Below are positions 28,438 through 40,153 of a stretch of DNA of 64,000 nt, one piece after another. A model generated the notes under the pieces. That model had not been told where the DNA came from and searched no databases. It worked only from the letters and a program-made list of their open reading frames with translations. The DNA comes from Mycobacteriaceae bacterium (GTDB taxonomy: Bacteria; Actinomycetota; Actinomycetes; Mycobacteriales; Mycobacteriaceae). Position 1 is the stretch's first letter. Every line of letters starts with the position of its first letter. The position numbers and the translations under genes are program-made. Location: the NCBI GenBank assembly GCA_019749805.1, contig JAIEPH010000021.1, positions 41,779-105,778 on the forward strand, read 5' to 3'.

Positions 28438-29319
28438 ATGGCCGCACGGGTCTGTGTTGTGGGCAGTGTCAACGCTGATCTGACGTTCACCGTGAACGCC
28501 TTGCCGCGGCCCGGCCAAACGGTGCTGGCGTCCTCGTTGCTGTCCTCACCAGGGGGCAAAGGCGGAAATCAGGCGGTGGCCGCGGCGCGCGCGGGCGCAT
28601 CGGTGCAGCTGGTCGCGGCGCTCGGCAGCGACGCGACCGCCGAGCAGTTGCGCGCGCACCTGTCCGCGAACAACGTGGGGCTCGACGGGGTGGTGTCGGT
28701 GGCCGGGCCCAGCGGCACGGCGGTCATCGTGGTGGACGCCGCGGCCGAGAACAACATCGTGGTCGCCCCCGGGGCCAACGCCAAGTTGTCCGTCGACTCG
28801 GCCGACATCCGGGCCGTCATCGCCGACAGCGATGTCGTCCTGCTGCAGCTGGAGATCCCGATCGCCACCGCGATCGCCGCCGCACGCATCGCCCGGGGTG
28901 CCGGTGCGACGGTCATCGCCAACGCCTCGCCGTCTGGCGCGCGGCCGCACGATCTGCTCGCGCTGTCCGAACTGGCCGACGTCGTCGTCGTCAACGAAGC
29001 GGAAGCTCGTGAATGGCACTGGCCCGTCGCCCATCTTGTGATCACCCGGGGCAGGCGGGGCGCGAGTTATCTCGGCGAGGACGAACGCTTCGATGTCGAG
29101 GCGCCGCGGGTCACGCCCGTCGACACCACGGGTGCGGGCGACGTCTTCGCCGGCGTGCTGGCCGCCGGCTGGCCGACCGGACACGAGGTCGCGCTGCGCC
29201 GGGCATGCGCGGCCGGGGCCCTGTCGACGCTGGTGCCGGGCGCGGGCGACTGCGCGCCGTACGCCGAGGCCATCGATGATGTTGTTTCCAACAGAAGAGC
29301 GAGCGAGGGACATCTATGA
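28438..29319 (+). CDS. rbsK: Ribokinase (PfkB family)
   Basis: [23 protein letters not shown] and DTTGAGDVF. Confidence 0.9.
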   Translation: MAARVCVVGSVNADLTFTVNALPRPGQTVLASSLLSSPGGKGGNQAVAAARAGASVQLVAALGSDATAEQLRAHLSANNVGLDGVVSVAGPSGTAVIVVDAAAENNIVVAPGANAKLSVDSADIRAVIADSDVVLLQLEIPIATAIAAARIARGAGATVIANASPSGARPHDLLALSELADVVVVNEAEAREWHWPVAHLVITRGRRGASYLGEDERFDVEAPRVTPVDTTGAGDVFAGVLAAGWPTGHEVALRRACAAGALSTLVPGAGDCAPYAEAIDDVVSNRRASEGHL

Positions 29320-30140
29320 CGAAGACCGGGCCACCGCGGCCACCCGAAGGCGACTGGCTGGGCACCCCGTACCTGCGCTTCACCCGTGAGGGTGCGTTCG
29401 GCGTGTGCACGCTGGACCGGCCCGAGGCACGCAACGCGATGACACCCGCGATGTACTTCGGTATCCGGTACGCGGTCAGGCACGTCGACGCCGACCCGGA
29501 TCTGGCCGGCTTGCTGATCACGGGTACCGGTGATGTGTTCGCCCCCGGCGGCGACATGGGCGGCGGCGACGGCAGCGACAATTGGCTGACGTTCGGTTCG
29601 GCGCTCGGCATGGACGTCACGCCGTTCGAGACGCTGCGCCAGTCGGTGAAGCCTGTGGTCTCGGCGGTGAACGGGTTGTGTCAGGGCGGCGGGTTGCAGA
29701 TCGCGCTGTGCAGCGACATGACGGTGGTGAGCGATCGGGCCTCGTTCCGGGTGCCCGAACTGCTGCGCGGTATCGCCGACACGTACTACAGCCAGATGCT
29801 GGCGCGCCTGATCGGCCCGGTCCGCACCCGCGATCTGATGTTCACCGGCCGCACGCTGACCGCGCAGGAGGCCCACGAGTGGGGCATGGTCGCGCGGATC
29901 GTCCCGCACGACGAACTGCTCGACACAGCGCGCGAGGTGCTCGGTCAGTGCTGCCGGACCGCGCCTGCGGCCAGGAGCGTGGTGAAGTCCAGCTTGGACA
30001 ATTATCTGGGCCTGTTCGACCGCATCGGCATGCAGGCCAGCTACTCCTCGCCCGAAGCGCTGGAGGGGTTCATGTCATTCAAGGAGCGGCGCTCGCCGAA
30101 CTGGGTACACCCTGACCTGCGCATCGACGGCCGCCTCTGA
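29316..30140 (+). CDS. Enoyl-CoA hydratase/isomerase family protein
   Basis: DRPEARNAM, FAPGGD, AVNGLCQGGG and PELLRG. Confidence 0.9.
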   Translation: MTKTGPPRPPEGDWLGTPYLRFTREGAFGVCTLDRPEARNAMTPAMYFGIRYAVRHVDADPDLAGLLITGTGDVFAPGGDMGGGDGSDNWLTFGSALGMDVTPFETLRQSVKPVVSAVNGLCQGGGLQIALCSDMTVVSDRASFRVPELLRGIADTYYSQMLARLIGPVRTRDLMFTGRTLTAQEAHEWGMVARIVPHDELLDTAREVLGQCCRTAPAARSVVKSSLDNYLGLFDRIGMQASYSSPEALEGFMSFKERRSPNWVHPDLRIDGRL

Positions 30141-30142
30141 GG

Positions 30143-30191
30143 GATTTCGGTGCGCAAATAATCGCTCAGCGACCGTTTGCGCACCGAAATC
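30143..30191. repeat. REP-like palindrome, family B copy 1
   Basis: 16-bp perfect inverted repeat gatttcggtgcgcaaa / tttgcgcaccgaaatc with a 17-nt spacer. Confidence 0.85.
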
Positions 30192-30247
30192 GCCACGTCG
30201 ATGGTTCAGGATTTTCTGAATACAGATTCTGATGTATCGTCTGTCCC

Positions 30248-30577
30248 ATGCAGACGGTGACTCACAGCGATGCGCTGTCGCGGTTCGGCTGCGCACTGTC
30301 CGATCCGACCCGCGCCGAAATTCTGCTGATGCTGCGTGACGCGCCGGGTTATCCGTCCGACCTGGCCGACAAGATCGGGGTGTCGCGCCAGATACTTTCC
30401 AACCACCTCGCCTGCCTGCGCGGCTGCGGTTTGGTGGTCGCCCAGCCCGAGGGGCGGCGCAGCCGCTATGAACTGGCCGACAACCGGATCGCCCACGCCC
30501 TCACCGATCTGCTCGGCCTGGTCCTCGCGGTCGATCCGGCGTGCTGCCCCGCCGCCGAAACCGACGCTTGTTGCTGA
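30248..30577 (+). CDS. cmtR: ArsR/SmtB family Cd/Pb-sensing repressor
   Basis: ALSDPTR, SNHLACLRGCGLV and VLAVDPACC match the CmtR Cys ligand pattern. Confidence 0.85.
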   Translation: MQTVTHSDALSRFGCALSDPTRAEILLMLRDAPGYPSDLADKIGVSRQILSNHLACLRGCGLVVAQPEGRRSRYELADNRIAHALTDLLGLVLAVDPACCPAAETDACC

Positions 30578-31188
30578 TGACCGCCCTGACCGAGGCGCGG
30601 CGGGCAGTGCTTACCCGTCGGATCCGACTTCTGGTGGCCGCCACCATCGCCTACAACGTGGTCGAGGCGGTGGTGGCGCTGGCCGAAGGCACCAGAGTTT
30701 CGTCGTCGGCGCTCATCGGGTTCGGCCTCGACTCCGTTGTCGAGATCTCGTCGGCGGCTGCGGTCTCGTGGCAGTTCTCGGCCGCCGACCCGGAAGCGCG
30801 GGAGAAGACGGCGCTGCGCTTCATCGCGTTCTCGTTCTTCGCGCTCGCGACCTACGTCACCGTCGACGCGGTGCGCGCGTTGGCCGGCATCGGTGAGGCG
30901 CGCCCGTCGACCGTCGGCATCGTGCTTGCCGCGCTCAGCCTCGCAATCATGCCGGTACTGTCCTTGACCCAACGGCGCGCCGGCCGTGAACTCGGATCGC
31001 TCTCAGCCGTAGCGGATTCCAAGCAGACACTGCTGTGCACGTACCTGTCGGCGATCCTGCTGGCCGGCCTGCTGCTCAACAGCGTGCTCGGCTGGTCGTG
31101 GGCCGATCCCGTCGCAGCGCTCGGTATCGCCGCGATCGCCGTGCGCGAAGGCGTCAACGCCTGGCGAGGCGATCCATGCTGTTCATGA
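30577..31188 (+). CDS. Cation transporter, CDF-like transmembrane domain only
   Basis: About 5-6 TM segments, GFGLDS, ADSKQT and WSWADPVAAL; TGATG coupling to cmtR. Confidence 0.8.
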   Translation: MTALTEARRAVLTRRIRLLVAATIAYNVVEAVVALAEGTRVSSSALIGFGLDSVVEISSAAAVSWQFSAADPEAREKTALRFIAFSFFALATYVTVDAVRALAGIGEARPSTVGIVLAALSLAIMPVLSLTQRRAGRELGSLSAVADSKQTLLCTYLSAILLAGLLLNSVLGWSWADPVAALGIAAIAVREGVNAWRGDPCCS

Positions 31189-31212
31189 ACCTCCCGGAAG
31201 GACCCAAATAAA

Positions 31213-31821
31213 ATGGTCATGCCCACCATCGCGCTGGCGCTTTTCGCGGTGTTCGCGCTACTCGGATTCGGTTGGCGCAGTTGGGAACAGCGGCGGCGCA
31301 CCGGATCCACCGGATTCCGCGGCATCAGCGGCCGCCCCGGATCGGTCGAATGGTTCGCCGGTGTGGGATTCATCATCTCCATGGGTATCGCGGTCTTCGC
31401 GCCCATCCTGCAGATGCTCGGCGTGGTGGCTCCGGTGAGTTTCCTGCACGCACCATGGATCCAGATCGCCGGCGCCGTCATCGCCGCGGTCGGTATCGCC
31501 GCCACCGTTTACGCGCAGCTGGACATGGGTGACTCGTGGCGGATCGGCGTCGACAAGAGCGAGACGACGACACTGGTGCGCACCGGCGTCTTCGGGTGGG
31601 TGCGTAACCCGATCTTCACCGCGATGATGACGTTCGGCCTCGGATTCGCCCTGATCACACCGAATCCGGTGGCCGTCATCGGATTCGTCCTGCTGATCGT
31701 CACGATCGAGCTTCAGGTCCGCGTGGTCGAGGAGCCCTACCTGCTGACCGCGCACGGCGAGGCCTACCGCGATTACCTCGCTGCTGTCGGCCGGTTCATC
31801 CCCGGAGTGGGACGCACTTAG
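31213..31821 (+). CDS. Isoprenylcysteine carboxyl methyltransferase (ICMT/PEMT) family membrane protein (Rv2437-like)
   Basis: MGDSWRIGVD, LVRTGVFGWVRNPIF and EEPYL...Y..Y...VGRF. Confidence 0.88.
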   Translation: MVMPTIALALFAVFALLGFGWRSWEQRRRTGSTGFRGISGRPGSVEWFAGVGFIISMGIAVFAPILQMLGVVAPVSFLHAPWIQIAGAVIAAVGIAATVYAQLDMGDSWRIGVDKSETTTLVRTGVFGWVRNPIFTAMMTFGLGFALITPNPVAVIGFVLLIVTIELQVRVVEEPYLLTAHGEAYRDYLAAVGRFIPGVGRT

Positions 31822-33860
31822 TCCTCGGGAATTTCGCGTTCGATCTCGGCGAGCCAGATGCGCGCCGACATGTCCGACGGCGCCCGCCAATCACCGCGCG
31901 GTGACAGCGATCCGCCGTGCGACACCTTCGGCCCGTTGGGCAGCGCCGACCGCTTGAATTGAGAGAAGGAGTAGTACCGCTGCGCGAAAACCTGTAACCA
32001 GTGACGAATCTCCTTCAGCGAGTACGCGGGCCGCTTGTCCAGCGGGAAGCCGGACGGCCAGTCGCCGCGCTCAGGATCACTCCATGCGTGCCACGCCATG
32101 AATGCGATCTTCGATGGCCTGAACCCGTAGCGCAGCACGCTGAACAGCGAAAAGTCCTGCAGCACATACGGTCCGACTTTGGCCTCGCTGCTCTGGATCT
32201 CCTCGTCCTCACCGCTGGGCACTAGTTCCGGCGTGATCTCGGTGTCGAGAACCGACTGCAGCACGTCGTTGACGGCGTTGTCGAACTCGTTAGACGAGAT
32301 GACCCACCGGATCAAATGCTGAATCAATGTCTTGGGCACTCCGCCGTTGACGTTGTAATGCGACATCTGGTCGCCGACGCCGTAGGTCGACCAGCCGAGT
32401 GCGAGCTCGGAGAGATCGCCTGTGCCCAGCACGATTCCGCCGCGCTGGTTGGCCAACCGGAACAGGTAGTCGGTGCGAAGACCCGCCTGGACGTTCTCGA
32501 AGGTGACGTCGTAGACCTTTTCGCCACGCGCAAACGGATGATCCATCTCCTTGAGCATCAGCTCGGCCGTTGACTTGATGTCGATCTCGGCGAACGTGAC
32601 TCCGAGTGCATCCGCGAGTCGGCTGGCGTTGTTCTTGGTGTGCTCACCGGTCGCGAAGCCGGGCAGCGTGAACGCGAGAATGTCGCTGCGCGGGCGGTTT
32701 TCGCGATCCATGGCGCGGGCGGCGACGATCAGCGCGTGGGTCGAGTCCAGTCCGCCGGAAAGTCCCAGCACCACCTTGGGGTAGTCCAGTGCGCGCAGCC
32801 GCTGCTCCAACCCGGCGACCTGGATGTTGTATGCCTCGTAGCAGTCGTGTTCCAGCCGCGTGGGATCCGCGGGCACGAACGGGAACCGCTCCACCTCGCG
32901 GAGCAAACCGATGTCCCCGGCAGGCGGATCGAGCGTGAACTGCACCGTCCGGAACGACTCGGGGGTGATGCCGTGATGGATGCGGTTGTCGTCGAACGTG
33001 CCCATGCGGAGCCGCTCGGAGCGAATCAGTTCGAGGTCGACGTCGGCCGTGGAGCGGCGCTCTCCCTTGGGAAAGCGCTCGGACTGCGCGAGGCAGACAC
33101 CGTTCTCCCACACCATGGTCTGGCCGTCCCAGGCCAGGTCCGTGGTCGATTCGCCTTCACCGGCCGCGGCGTAGACGTACGCGGCGAGGCAGCGCGCCGA
33201 CGCGGAGCGGGCCAGCAGGCAGCGGTCATCGGCGCGGCCGATCGTGATGGGGCTGCCGGACAGGTTGGCCAACACCGTCGCACCCGCAAGCGCGGCGTTC
33301 GCGCTCGGCGGCACAGGCACGAACATGTCCTCACAGATCTCGACGTGCAACACGAAGCCGGGCACGTCGAGCGCGGTGAACAGCAGATCCGGACCGAACG
33401 GCACATCCGAATCGCCCATCCGGATTGCGCCGCGGATGGCATCGCCCGCCGCGATTTGGCGCTTCTCGTAGAACTCGCGGTAGGTCGGCAGATAGGACTT
33501 GGGCACGACGCCGAGCACACGGCCCCGGTGGATCACGACAGCGGTGTTGTAGATCCGGTGCGCGTACCGCAGCGGTGCGCCCACCACGAGGACGGGCAGC
33601 AGGTCAGCGGACGCCGCCGTGATGTCCAGCAGCGCATCCTCGACCGCGTCCAGCAGCGTGTCCTGCAGCAGGATGTCCTCGATCGAGTATCCCGACAACG
33701 TCAGCTCCGGGAACACCGCCAGGCCGACCCCGTCGTCGTGACAGCCCCGAGCGATCCGCAGCACCGACTCCGCGTTGGCCGCGGGGTCGGCGAGGGTCGT
33801 CTGGTGGGTACAGGCGGCGACACGAAAGAAGCCCTGCCCGTACGCCGAGTAGAAATCCAT
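31818..33860 (-). CDS. nadE: Glutamine-dependent NAD+ synthetase
   Basis: N-terminal nitrilase domain (FPEL, PKSY, EICED) plus synthetase domain ([20 protein letters not shown]). Confidence 0.97.
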   Translation of the reverse strand: MDFYSAYGQGFFRVAACTHQTTLADPAANAESVLRIARGCHDDGVGLAVFPELTLSGYSIEDILLQDTLLDAVEDALLDITAASADLLPVLVVGAPLRYAHRIYNTAVVIHRGRVLGVVPKSYLPTYREFYEKRQIAAGDAIRGAIRMGDSDVPFGPDLLFTALDVPGFVLHVEICEDMFVPVPPSANAALAGATVLANLSGSPITIGRADDRCLLARSASARCLAAYVYAAAGEGESTTDLAWDGQTMVWENGVCLAQSERFPKGERRSTADVDLELIRSERLRMGTFDDNRIHHGITPESFRTVQFTLDPPAGDIGLLREVERFPFVPADPTRLEHDCYEAYNIQVAGLEQRLRALDYPKVVLGLSGGLDSTHALIVAARAMDRENRPRSDILAFTLPGFATGEHTKNNASRLADALGVTFAEIDIKSTAELMLKEMDHPFARGEKVYDVTFENVQAGLRTDYLFRLANQRGGIVLGTGDLSELALGWSTYGVGDQMSHYNVNGGVPKTLIQHLIRWVISSNEFDNAVNDVLQSVLDTEITPELVPSGEDEEIQSSEAKVGPYVLQDFSLFSVLRYGFRPSKIAFMAWHAWSDPERGDWPSGFPLDKRPAYSLKEIRHWLQVFAQRYYSFSQFKRSALPNGPKVSHGGSLSPRGDWRAPSDMSARIWLAEIEREIPED

Positions 33861-33891
33861 GCTTCATTGTTGCCCGAAAACAGATCGGGGT

Positions 33892-34443
33892 ATGCAAGTC
33901 CCCATGAGTGAGACTGCGCTGCTGGTCATCGACATGATGAACACCTATCAACACAAGGATGCCGAACCCCTGGCCGACAATGTCGCCAAGATCGTCGACC
34001 CGTTGGCCGAGCTGATCTCCAGGGCCCGCGACCGAGACGACGTCGACGTGATCTTCGTCAACGACAACTACGGCGACTTCACCGCAGACTTCGAGGACAT
34101 CGTTCGCGCCGCACTCGACGGGGCGCGACCGGAGCTGGTGAAACCGATCGCTCCGGGAAAGGACAGTCTGCGGGTCACCAAGGTGCGCCACAGTGCGTTC
34201 TACGCCAGCTCGCTGGATTACCTGCTCGGCCGGCTCAAGTGCCAGCAGCTGATCATCACCGGGCAGGTGACCGAACAGTGCATCCTCTACAGCGCGCTCG
34301 ACGCCTACGTGCGGCATTTCTCGTTCATCGTCCCCCCGGACTGCGTGGCGTATATCGATCCCGAACTCGGGGATGCCGCGCTGACCATGATGAACAAGAA
34401 CATGCACGCCGAGCTGGTACCGGCTGAGAAGTGCCTGCGCTGA
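33892..34443 (+). CDS. Isochorismatase-family cysteine hydrolase
   Basis: Asp-Lys-Cys triad: LVIDM, TKVRHSAF and TEQCI. Alternative start at 33904. Confidence 0.88.
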   Translation: MQVPMSETALLVIDMMNTYQHKDAEPLADNVAKIVDPLAELISRARDRDDVDVIFVNDNYGDFTADFEDIVRAALDGARPELVKPIAPGKDSLRVTKVRHSAFYASSLDYLLGRLKCQQLIITGQVTEQCILYSALDAYVRHFSFIVPPDCVAYIDPELGDAALTMMNKNMHAELVPAEKCLR

Positions 34444-34569
34444 CGAATCCGCCGGACCCTTGTGTTGGCCTGCAGTTCGCCCACATGCACCACTGCGGAT
34501 TCGGCGATTTTTCCTGCGTCGCGCATCGTGAGTCGTCGACCTTTCGCCCGCGCGCCACCTGGAGGAATC

Positions 34570-35157
<588 letters not shown>

Positions 35158-35172
35158 ACTACCCTGGACGGG

Positions 35173-36009
35173 GTGGATGCGCCCGAGCTCGTAGGCCTGC
35201 TGAGAGGTCGTCGGGTCGTGGTGCTCACCGGAGCGGGGATGTCCACGGATTCCGGAATTCCCGACTACCGCGGACCCGATTCGCCGCCGAGCAACCCGAT
35301 GACCATTCGGCAGTTCACGTCCGACCGCGAGTTTCGGCAACGCTACTGGGCGCGCAATCACATCGGCTGGCGCCACATGCACGAGACAATGCCCAATGCC
35401 GGGCATCGGTCGCTGGCCGCACTCGAACGCGCGGGCGTCGTGTCTGGGCTGATCACCCAGAATGTCGACCTCCTCCACACCAAGGCCGGCAGCAGCAACG
35501 TCGTCAACCTGCACGGCACCTACGCCGGCGTGATCTGCCTGGACTGCGGTTACACGATGCCGCGTGCCACGCTCGCCGAACTTCTGGAAGCGGCCAACCC
35601 GGGCTTCCTAGAGCGGGCCGAGGCAGTGGGCGGCATCGCAGTGGCCCCGGATGCGGACGCGGTCGTCGGCGACACCGCGACATTCACGATCGTCGACTGT
35701 TCCCGCTGCGGCGGCATGCTCAAGCCCGACATCGTCTACTTCGGTGAGAATGTGCCCAAAGAGCGAGTGGAACAAGCGTATTCACTCGTCGATGATGCGG
35801 ATGCCCTGCTGGTCACGGGGTCGTCGCTGACGGTCTACTCGGGTTTCCGGTTCGTTCGGCACGCGGCGTCGCGGGGTGTCCCGGTCGCGATCATCAACCG
35901 GGGACGCACACGTGGTGACGGCCATGCGACGGTCAAGATCGACGCCGGCTGCTCGGAGATGCTCGTGCTGCTGGCCGATGAACTGCCCGCCGTCGCCAAC
36001 TCCGCTTAG
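35173..36009 (+). CDS. NAD-dependent protein deacylase (sirtuin, SIRT4/class II-like)
   Basis: TGAGMSTDSGIPDYR, TQNVDLLH, LHG, two CxxC Zn pairs, KPDIVYFGE and GSSL. Confidence 0.93.
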   Translation: MDAPELVGLLRGRRVVVLTGAGMSTDSGIPDYRGPDSPPSNPMTIRQFTSDREFRQRYWARNHIGWRHMHETMPNAGHRSLAALERAGVVSGLITQNVDLLHTKAGSSNVVNLHGTYAGVICLDCGYTMPRATLAELLEAANPGFLERAEAVGGIAVAPDADAVVGDTATFTIVDCSRCGGMLKPDIVYFGENVPKERVEQAYSLVDDADALLVTGSSLTVYSGFRFVRHAASRGVPVAIINRGRTRGDGHATVKIDAGCSEMLVLLADELPAVANSA

Positions 36010-36017
36010 ATGAGCTG

Positions 36018-36683
36018 GTGTCCACAGACACCCAAGACGACGACGCCTCCTGGCTGCAGTCGCTGCTAGAGAGCCACCGGCCCGATTCCGGACCCGTATC
36101 CGGCCGATGGGCCCTGGGCGTCGGCGACATGATCGCGAATCACTCGCTGACGCCGAGCAAGCTGCGCGGACTGGTCCGCAAGCTCAACTACTTCGGTGGC
36201 GTCGCGATCAGCGAAGACACCGTCGAGTTCGACGGCGACAAAGTCGAGTGGGCCGACGTCGAAGAGGTGCGCACCCGTAGCCTCATCGAGTACATGTTCA
36301 CCGGCGGCCTGGACAGCCAGATCGACAAGCTGCCGGTGCCGTGGTTCCCGTTCCGCAGAAAAGTGATCGGCGCCATTTCACGCGCGGCGCTCACTCTGCT
36401 GCTGGCCGCCGCGAAACAGCAGCTCGAGGGCGGCGCAATGGACATTCGGATACCCGCCGAGGTGCACTACCGCGGCATGTTGCGCTCCCGCGAGCTCGCG
36501 CCGGGCATGCTCGCCGCCTTGATACTGGCCGACCCCGCGGTGCGTGCGTGCTTCGAGGCGACGGCACAGGCGAACGGCGTGAACGTGGTGCCCGCGGAGG
36601 ACGACGTCATGGAGGACGCCGACGAGCGTGCCGAGCAGATCAGGTCGATGCTGGCCAAGCTTCAAGCCCGCCTGCACCAGTGA
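36018..36683 (+). CDS. Conserved hypothetical protein
   Basis: 221-aa ORF with GC3 bias, starting 8 bp after the sirtuin stop; no recognised family. Confidence 0.7.
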   Translation: MSTDTQDDDASWLQSLLESHRPDSGPVSGRWALGVGDMIANHSLTPSKLRGLVRKLNYFGGVAISEDTVEFDGDKVEWADVEEVRTRSLIEYMFTGGLDSQIDKLPVPWFPFRRKVIGAISRAALTLLLAAAKQQLEGGAMDIRIPAEVHYRGMLRSRELAPGMLAALILADPAVRACFEATAQANGVNVVPAEDDVMEDADERAEQIRSMLAKLQARLHQ

Positions 36684-36730
36684 TTTCGGTGCGCAAACAG
36701 CCGTTGAGCGAACGTTTGCGCACCGGAATC
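36682..36730. repeat. REP-like palindrome, family B copy 2; possible bidirectional terminator
   Basis: gatttcggtgcgcaaa / tttgcgcaccggaatc (1 mismatch). It lies between convergent genes and overlaps a TGA. Confidence 0.85.
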
Positions 36731-36735
36731 GCAAA

Positions 36736-37833
36736 CTAGACGGCGACCAGGTCGTCGGCGTGGACCGCGGGACGGCGCATCTCGGCAGGCAGATCCGACG
36801 TCGACCGGCCCAGCATCGTGGCCAACTCCGAGTGGTCATAGGCCACCACGCCGCGCGCCACCATCGTCGCGTCGTGTGACCGCAGCTCGACGACGTCGCC
36901 GCCGAAGAAGCGGCCCGACACCGCGGTGATGCCGGCCGGTAGCAGCGACCGTCGCTGCCTGACGACCGCACGCACCGCGCCATCGTCGAGCGTGAGTGCC
37001 CCGGAAGCCTCGGCGGCGTAGCGGACCCAGAACCTGCGCGCCGACATGCGTTCGGGTCGCGGAGCGAACACAGTGCCGACCGATGCGTCGACCAGCGCGG
37101 TGGCGGCATCGCTCGCCGCGGCCAACAACACCGGAACTCCGGCATCGGCGGCCAACAGCGCCGACGACAGCTTCGACGCCATCCCGCCGGTACCCAGATG
37201 ACTACTGCGTCCCGCGACAACCCCCTCGAGGTCATCAGGGCCGGACACCTCGGAGATGAAGCGCGCGTTGCCCTTTCGCGGGTCGGAGTCGTACAGGCCG
37301 TCGATATCGGACAGCAGCACCAACGCGTCGGCCCCGACGAGGTGGGCGACCAGCGCGGAGAGCCGGTCGTTGTCACCGAATCGGATCTCGTTGGTGGCAA
37401 CGGTGTCGTTCTCGTTGACGATCGCGACGGCATGCAGCGCGCGCAGACGGTCCAGCGTGCGCTGAGCGTTGGTGTGCTGCACCCGCATCGAGATGTCGTG
37501 CGCGGTCAACAGCACCTGCCCGACGGTGCGGTTGTAACGGGCGAACGCCGTATTCCACGCGTTGACCAACGCCACCTGGCCGACGCTGGCGGCCGCCTGT
37601 TTGGTGGCCAAATCGGCGGGCCGTTTGGACAGCTTCAGCGGTTCGATACCGGCGGCGATCGCACCCGACGACACGATCACCACGTCCGAACCGGCCTTCA
37701 TGCGGGCCTCGATCGCGTCGGCCAGCGTCGCCAGCCGGGCCACGTCGAAAACCCCGGATGGCGTGGTCAGCGCGGTCGTGCCGATCTTGACGACGACGCT
37801 TCGTGCGGTCCGGATGCTTTCCCGGTGGGTCAC
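36736..37833 (-). CDS. proB: Glutamate 5-kinase
   Basis: [33 protein letters not shown] and a C-terminal PUA domain. Confidence 0.97.
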   Translation of the reverse strand: MTHRESIRTARSVVVKIGTTALTTPSGVFDVARLATLADAIEARMKAGSDVVIVSSGAIAAGIEPLKLSKRPADLATKQAAASVGQVALVNAWNTAFARYNRTVGQVLLTAHDISMRVQHTNAQRTLDRLRALHAVAIVNENDTVATNEIRFGDNDRLSALVAHLVGADALVLLSDIDGLYDSDPRKGNARFISEVSGPDDLEGVVAGRSSHLGTGGMASKLSSALLAADAGVPVLLAAASDAATALVDASVGTVFAPRPERMSARRFWVRYAAEASGALTLDDGAVRAVVRQRRSLLPAGITAVSGRFFGGDVVELRSHDATMVARGVVAYDHSELATMLGRSTSDLPAEMRRPAVHADDLVAV

Positions 37834-39275
37834 GAATCACCGCCGGGTTTGCGTCGCTCGCGGCGGGCGGCCTTTCGCTCAGAGGCGCCGGGCCGATCGG
37901 TCTGCTCCAACCGCACGTCGGTTCCGCGACCGGACAACGGCAGGTCCACACCTGCGGGCGTCTGCGGTTCCCAATCGAACGTCATGTCGCCGATGGTGAC
38001 CGCGCACCCCGGCTTGGCGCCCAGGCGCAACAGTTCGTCCTCCACGCCCAGCCGTGCCAGCCGGTCGCCGAGGTAGCCGACGGCTTCGTCATTGGTGAAA
38101 TCCGTTTGGGCGATCCACCGTTCGGGCCGAGCACCGCGTACGACGAAACCGCCCTCACCGTCGGACTCCACAGTGAAGCCGCTCTCGTTCACCGGGATCG
38201 GCCGGATCACCGGCCTGCGGGGCACGGCGGCAGGCTGCGCCTTGCGATATTTGGACACCATGTCCCACAGCGCAAACGTCAATGGCCGCAATCCTTCTCG
38301 CGACACCGTCGACACCTCGAATACCGGCCAGCCGAACCTGCGGATGACTTCCTCGCGGACGAAGTCGGCGAGCTCGCGCGCTTCCGGCACGTCGATCTTG
38401 TTGAGCACCACCGCGCGCGGCCGGGACGCCAGGTCACCCAGGGTCGTATCACCCTGCAGCGTCGGGGTGTACGCGGCCAATTCGGCTTCCAGTACCTCGA
38501 TGTCGGATACCGGATCACGGCCGGGTTCCAGTGTTGCGCAGTCGACGACGTGCACCAAGACCGCGCACCGCTCGATATGGCGCAGGAATTCCAGTCCGAG
38601 GCCTCGTCCCTCCGATGCCCCAGGAATCAGGCCGGGAACGTCGGCGACGGTGAAGGTGTTCTCCCCCGCCGACACCACGCCCAGGTTGGGCGTCAGCGTG
38701 GTGAACGGGTAGTCGGCGATTTTGGGTTTGGCCGCCGAGATCGCCGAGACGAGCGACGACTTACCAGCTGACGGGAATCCGACCAGCCCCACGTCCGCGA
38801 CTGTCTTCAATTCCAGGGTGAGGTCGCGGACCTGCCCCTTCTCCCCGAGCAGCGCGAATCCCGGCGCTTTGCGCGCGCGAGACGCCAATGCGGCGTTGCC
38901 TAGCCCGCCGCGCCCGCCTGCCGCGGCGTCGAAGCGGGTGCCCGCGCCGACCAGGTCAGCGAGCAGCCGGCCCTTTTCGTCGAGCACGACCGTGCCGTCG
39001 GGCACCTTGACCTCGAGGTCGGCGCCTGCGGCCCCGTCGCGGTTGCCGCCCATGCCCTGCTTGCCGGACGGCGCATCGACATGGGGGTGGAAGTGGAAGT
39101 CGAGCAGGGTGTGCACCTGCGGGTCGACGACCAGCACAACGCTGCCGCCGCGCCCGCCGTTTCCGCCGTCGGGTCCGCCGAGTGGTTTGAACTTCTCGCG
39201 GTGAACCGACGCGCAGCCGTTACCGCCGTTGCCCGCCTTCGCGTGAATCACGACACGGTCGACGAACCGGGGCAT
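37830..39275 (-). CDS. obgE: GTPase Obg/CgtA
   Basis: [26 protein letters not shown] and NKID. Confidence 0.98.
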   Translation of the reverse strand: MPRFVDRVVIHAKAGNGGNGCASVHREKFKPLGGPDGGNGGRGGSVVLVVDPQVHTLLDFHFHPHVDAPSGKQGMGGNRDGAAGADLEVKVPDGTVVLDEKGRLLADLVGAGTRFDAAAGGRGGLGNAALASRARKAPGFALLGEKGQVRDLTLELKTVADVGLVGFPSAGKSSLVSAISAAKPKIADYPFTTLTPNLGVVSAGENTFTVADVPGLIPGASEGRGLGLEFLRHIERCAVLVHVVDCATLEPGRDPVSDIEVLEAELAAYTPTLQGDTTLGDLASRPRAVVLNKIDVPEARELADFVREEVIRRFGWPVFEVSTVSREGLRPLTFALWDMVSKYRKAQPAAVPRRPVIRPIPVNESGFTVESDGEGGFVVRGARPERWIAQTDFTNDEAVGYLGDRLARLGVEDELLRLGAKPGCAVTIGDMTFDWEPQTPAGVDLPLSGRGTDVRLEQTDRPGASERKAARRERRKPGGDS

Positions 39276-39368
39276 CGGTGCTCACTCCTTGGCCGAAATG
39301 GACGTTTGGGCGTAAAGCTCTCGGCGCCCAGCTGCAGAACGTCGACCCCGACGGGGAGATCGATGCGA

Positions 39369-39638
39369 CTAGGCCTCCGAGGAGACGGACGGTCGCACGA
39401 CGCTGACCGTCTTGCGGCCACGCTTGGTGCCGAACGTGACGGCACCGGGAGCCGTGGCGAACAACGTGTCGTCGCCGCCGCGCCCGACGTTAGTGCCGGG
39501 ATGGAAATGCGTACCCCGCTGCCGCACCAAAATCTCGCCGGCCTTGACGATCTGGCCGCCGAAGCGCTTGACGCCGAGCCGCTGGGCGGCTGAGTCGCGA
39601 CCGTTACGTGAGCTGGAAGCGCCCTTCTTGTGTGCCAT
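39369..39638 (-). CDS. rpmA: 50S ribosomal protein L27
   Basis: [16 protein letters not shown]. Confidence 0.99.
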   Translation of the reverse strand: MAHKKGASSSRNGRDSAAQRLGVKRFGGQIVKAGEILVRQRGTHFHPGTNVGRGGDDTLFATAPGAVTFGTKRGRKTVSVVRPSVSSEA

Positions 39639-39651
39639 GTGTCGCCTCCTA

Positions 39652-39975
39652 CTACTTGATTCCGGTGACCTTGAGGACCGTCAGCTGCTGACGGTGACCC
39701 TGCCGCTTGTGATAGCCGGTCTTGTTCTTGAACTTGTGGATGCGGATCTTGGGACCCTTGGTGTGCTCGAGCACCTCGCCGGTGACGGCGACCTTCTCCA
39801 GCGCCTTGACGTCGGTGGTGACCTTCGCACCGTCGACCACCAGGGCCACCGGCAGCGACACGCTCGCGCCGGCCTCGGCCTCGATCTTCTCGACCTTCAC
39901 CACGTCGCCAACGGCGACCTTGTACTGTTTGCCGCCGGTCTTGACGATCGCGTACGTGGCCTTATCGCCTGCCAT
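39652..39975 (-). CDS. rplU: 50S ribosomal protein L21
   Basis: [13 protein letters not shown] and GHRQ. Confidence 0.99.
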   Translation of the reverse strand: MAGDKATYAIVKTGGKQYKVAVGDVVKVEKIEAEAGASVSLPVALVVDGAKVTTDVKALEKVAVTGEVLEHTKGPKIRIHKFKNKTGYHKRQGHRQQLTVLKVTGIK

Positions 39976-40083
39976 CAGGTCCTTCTTCTTCTCGTCTCCG
40001 GGCGCGCGCTACTGGTGGCTGCGCATGTCTGGGTTGCTGGGTCTTTCATGGCCACCGGCCGTAGGCCTGGCGACAACTGCTCA

Positions 40084-40113
40084 AGATTACTTGAGTCGCG
40101 CGGCGAGGGTCAA
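40084..40113 (-). promoter_or_regulatory. SigA-type promoter for rplU-rpmA
   Basis: On the minus strand, TTGACC-18 bp-TAATCT, about 100 nt upstream of rplU. Confidence 0.7.
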
Positions 40114-40153
40114 ATCACCGCAGGTCACGCCACCCCAGGGTCAGCGCGTGCGG

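Noticed and set aside
33892-34443. Calling the cysteine hydrolase pncA
   Set aside because: The PncA metal-binding Asp/His/His pattern is not seen.
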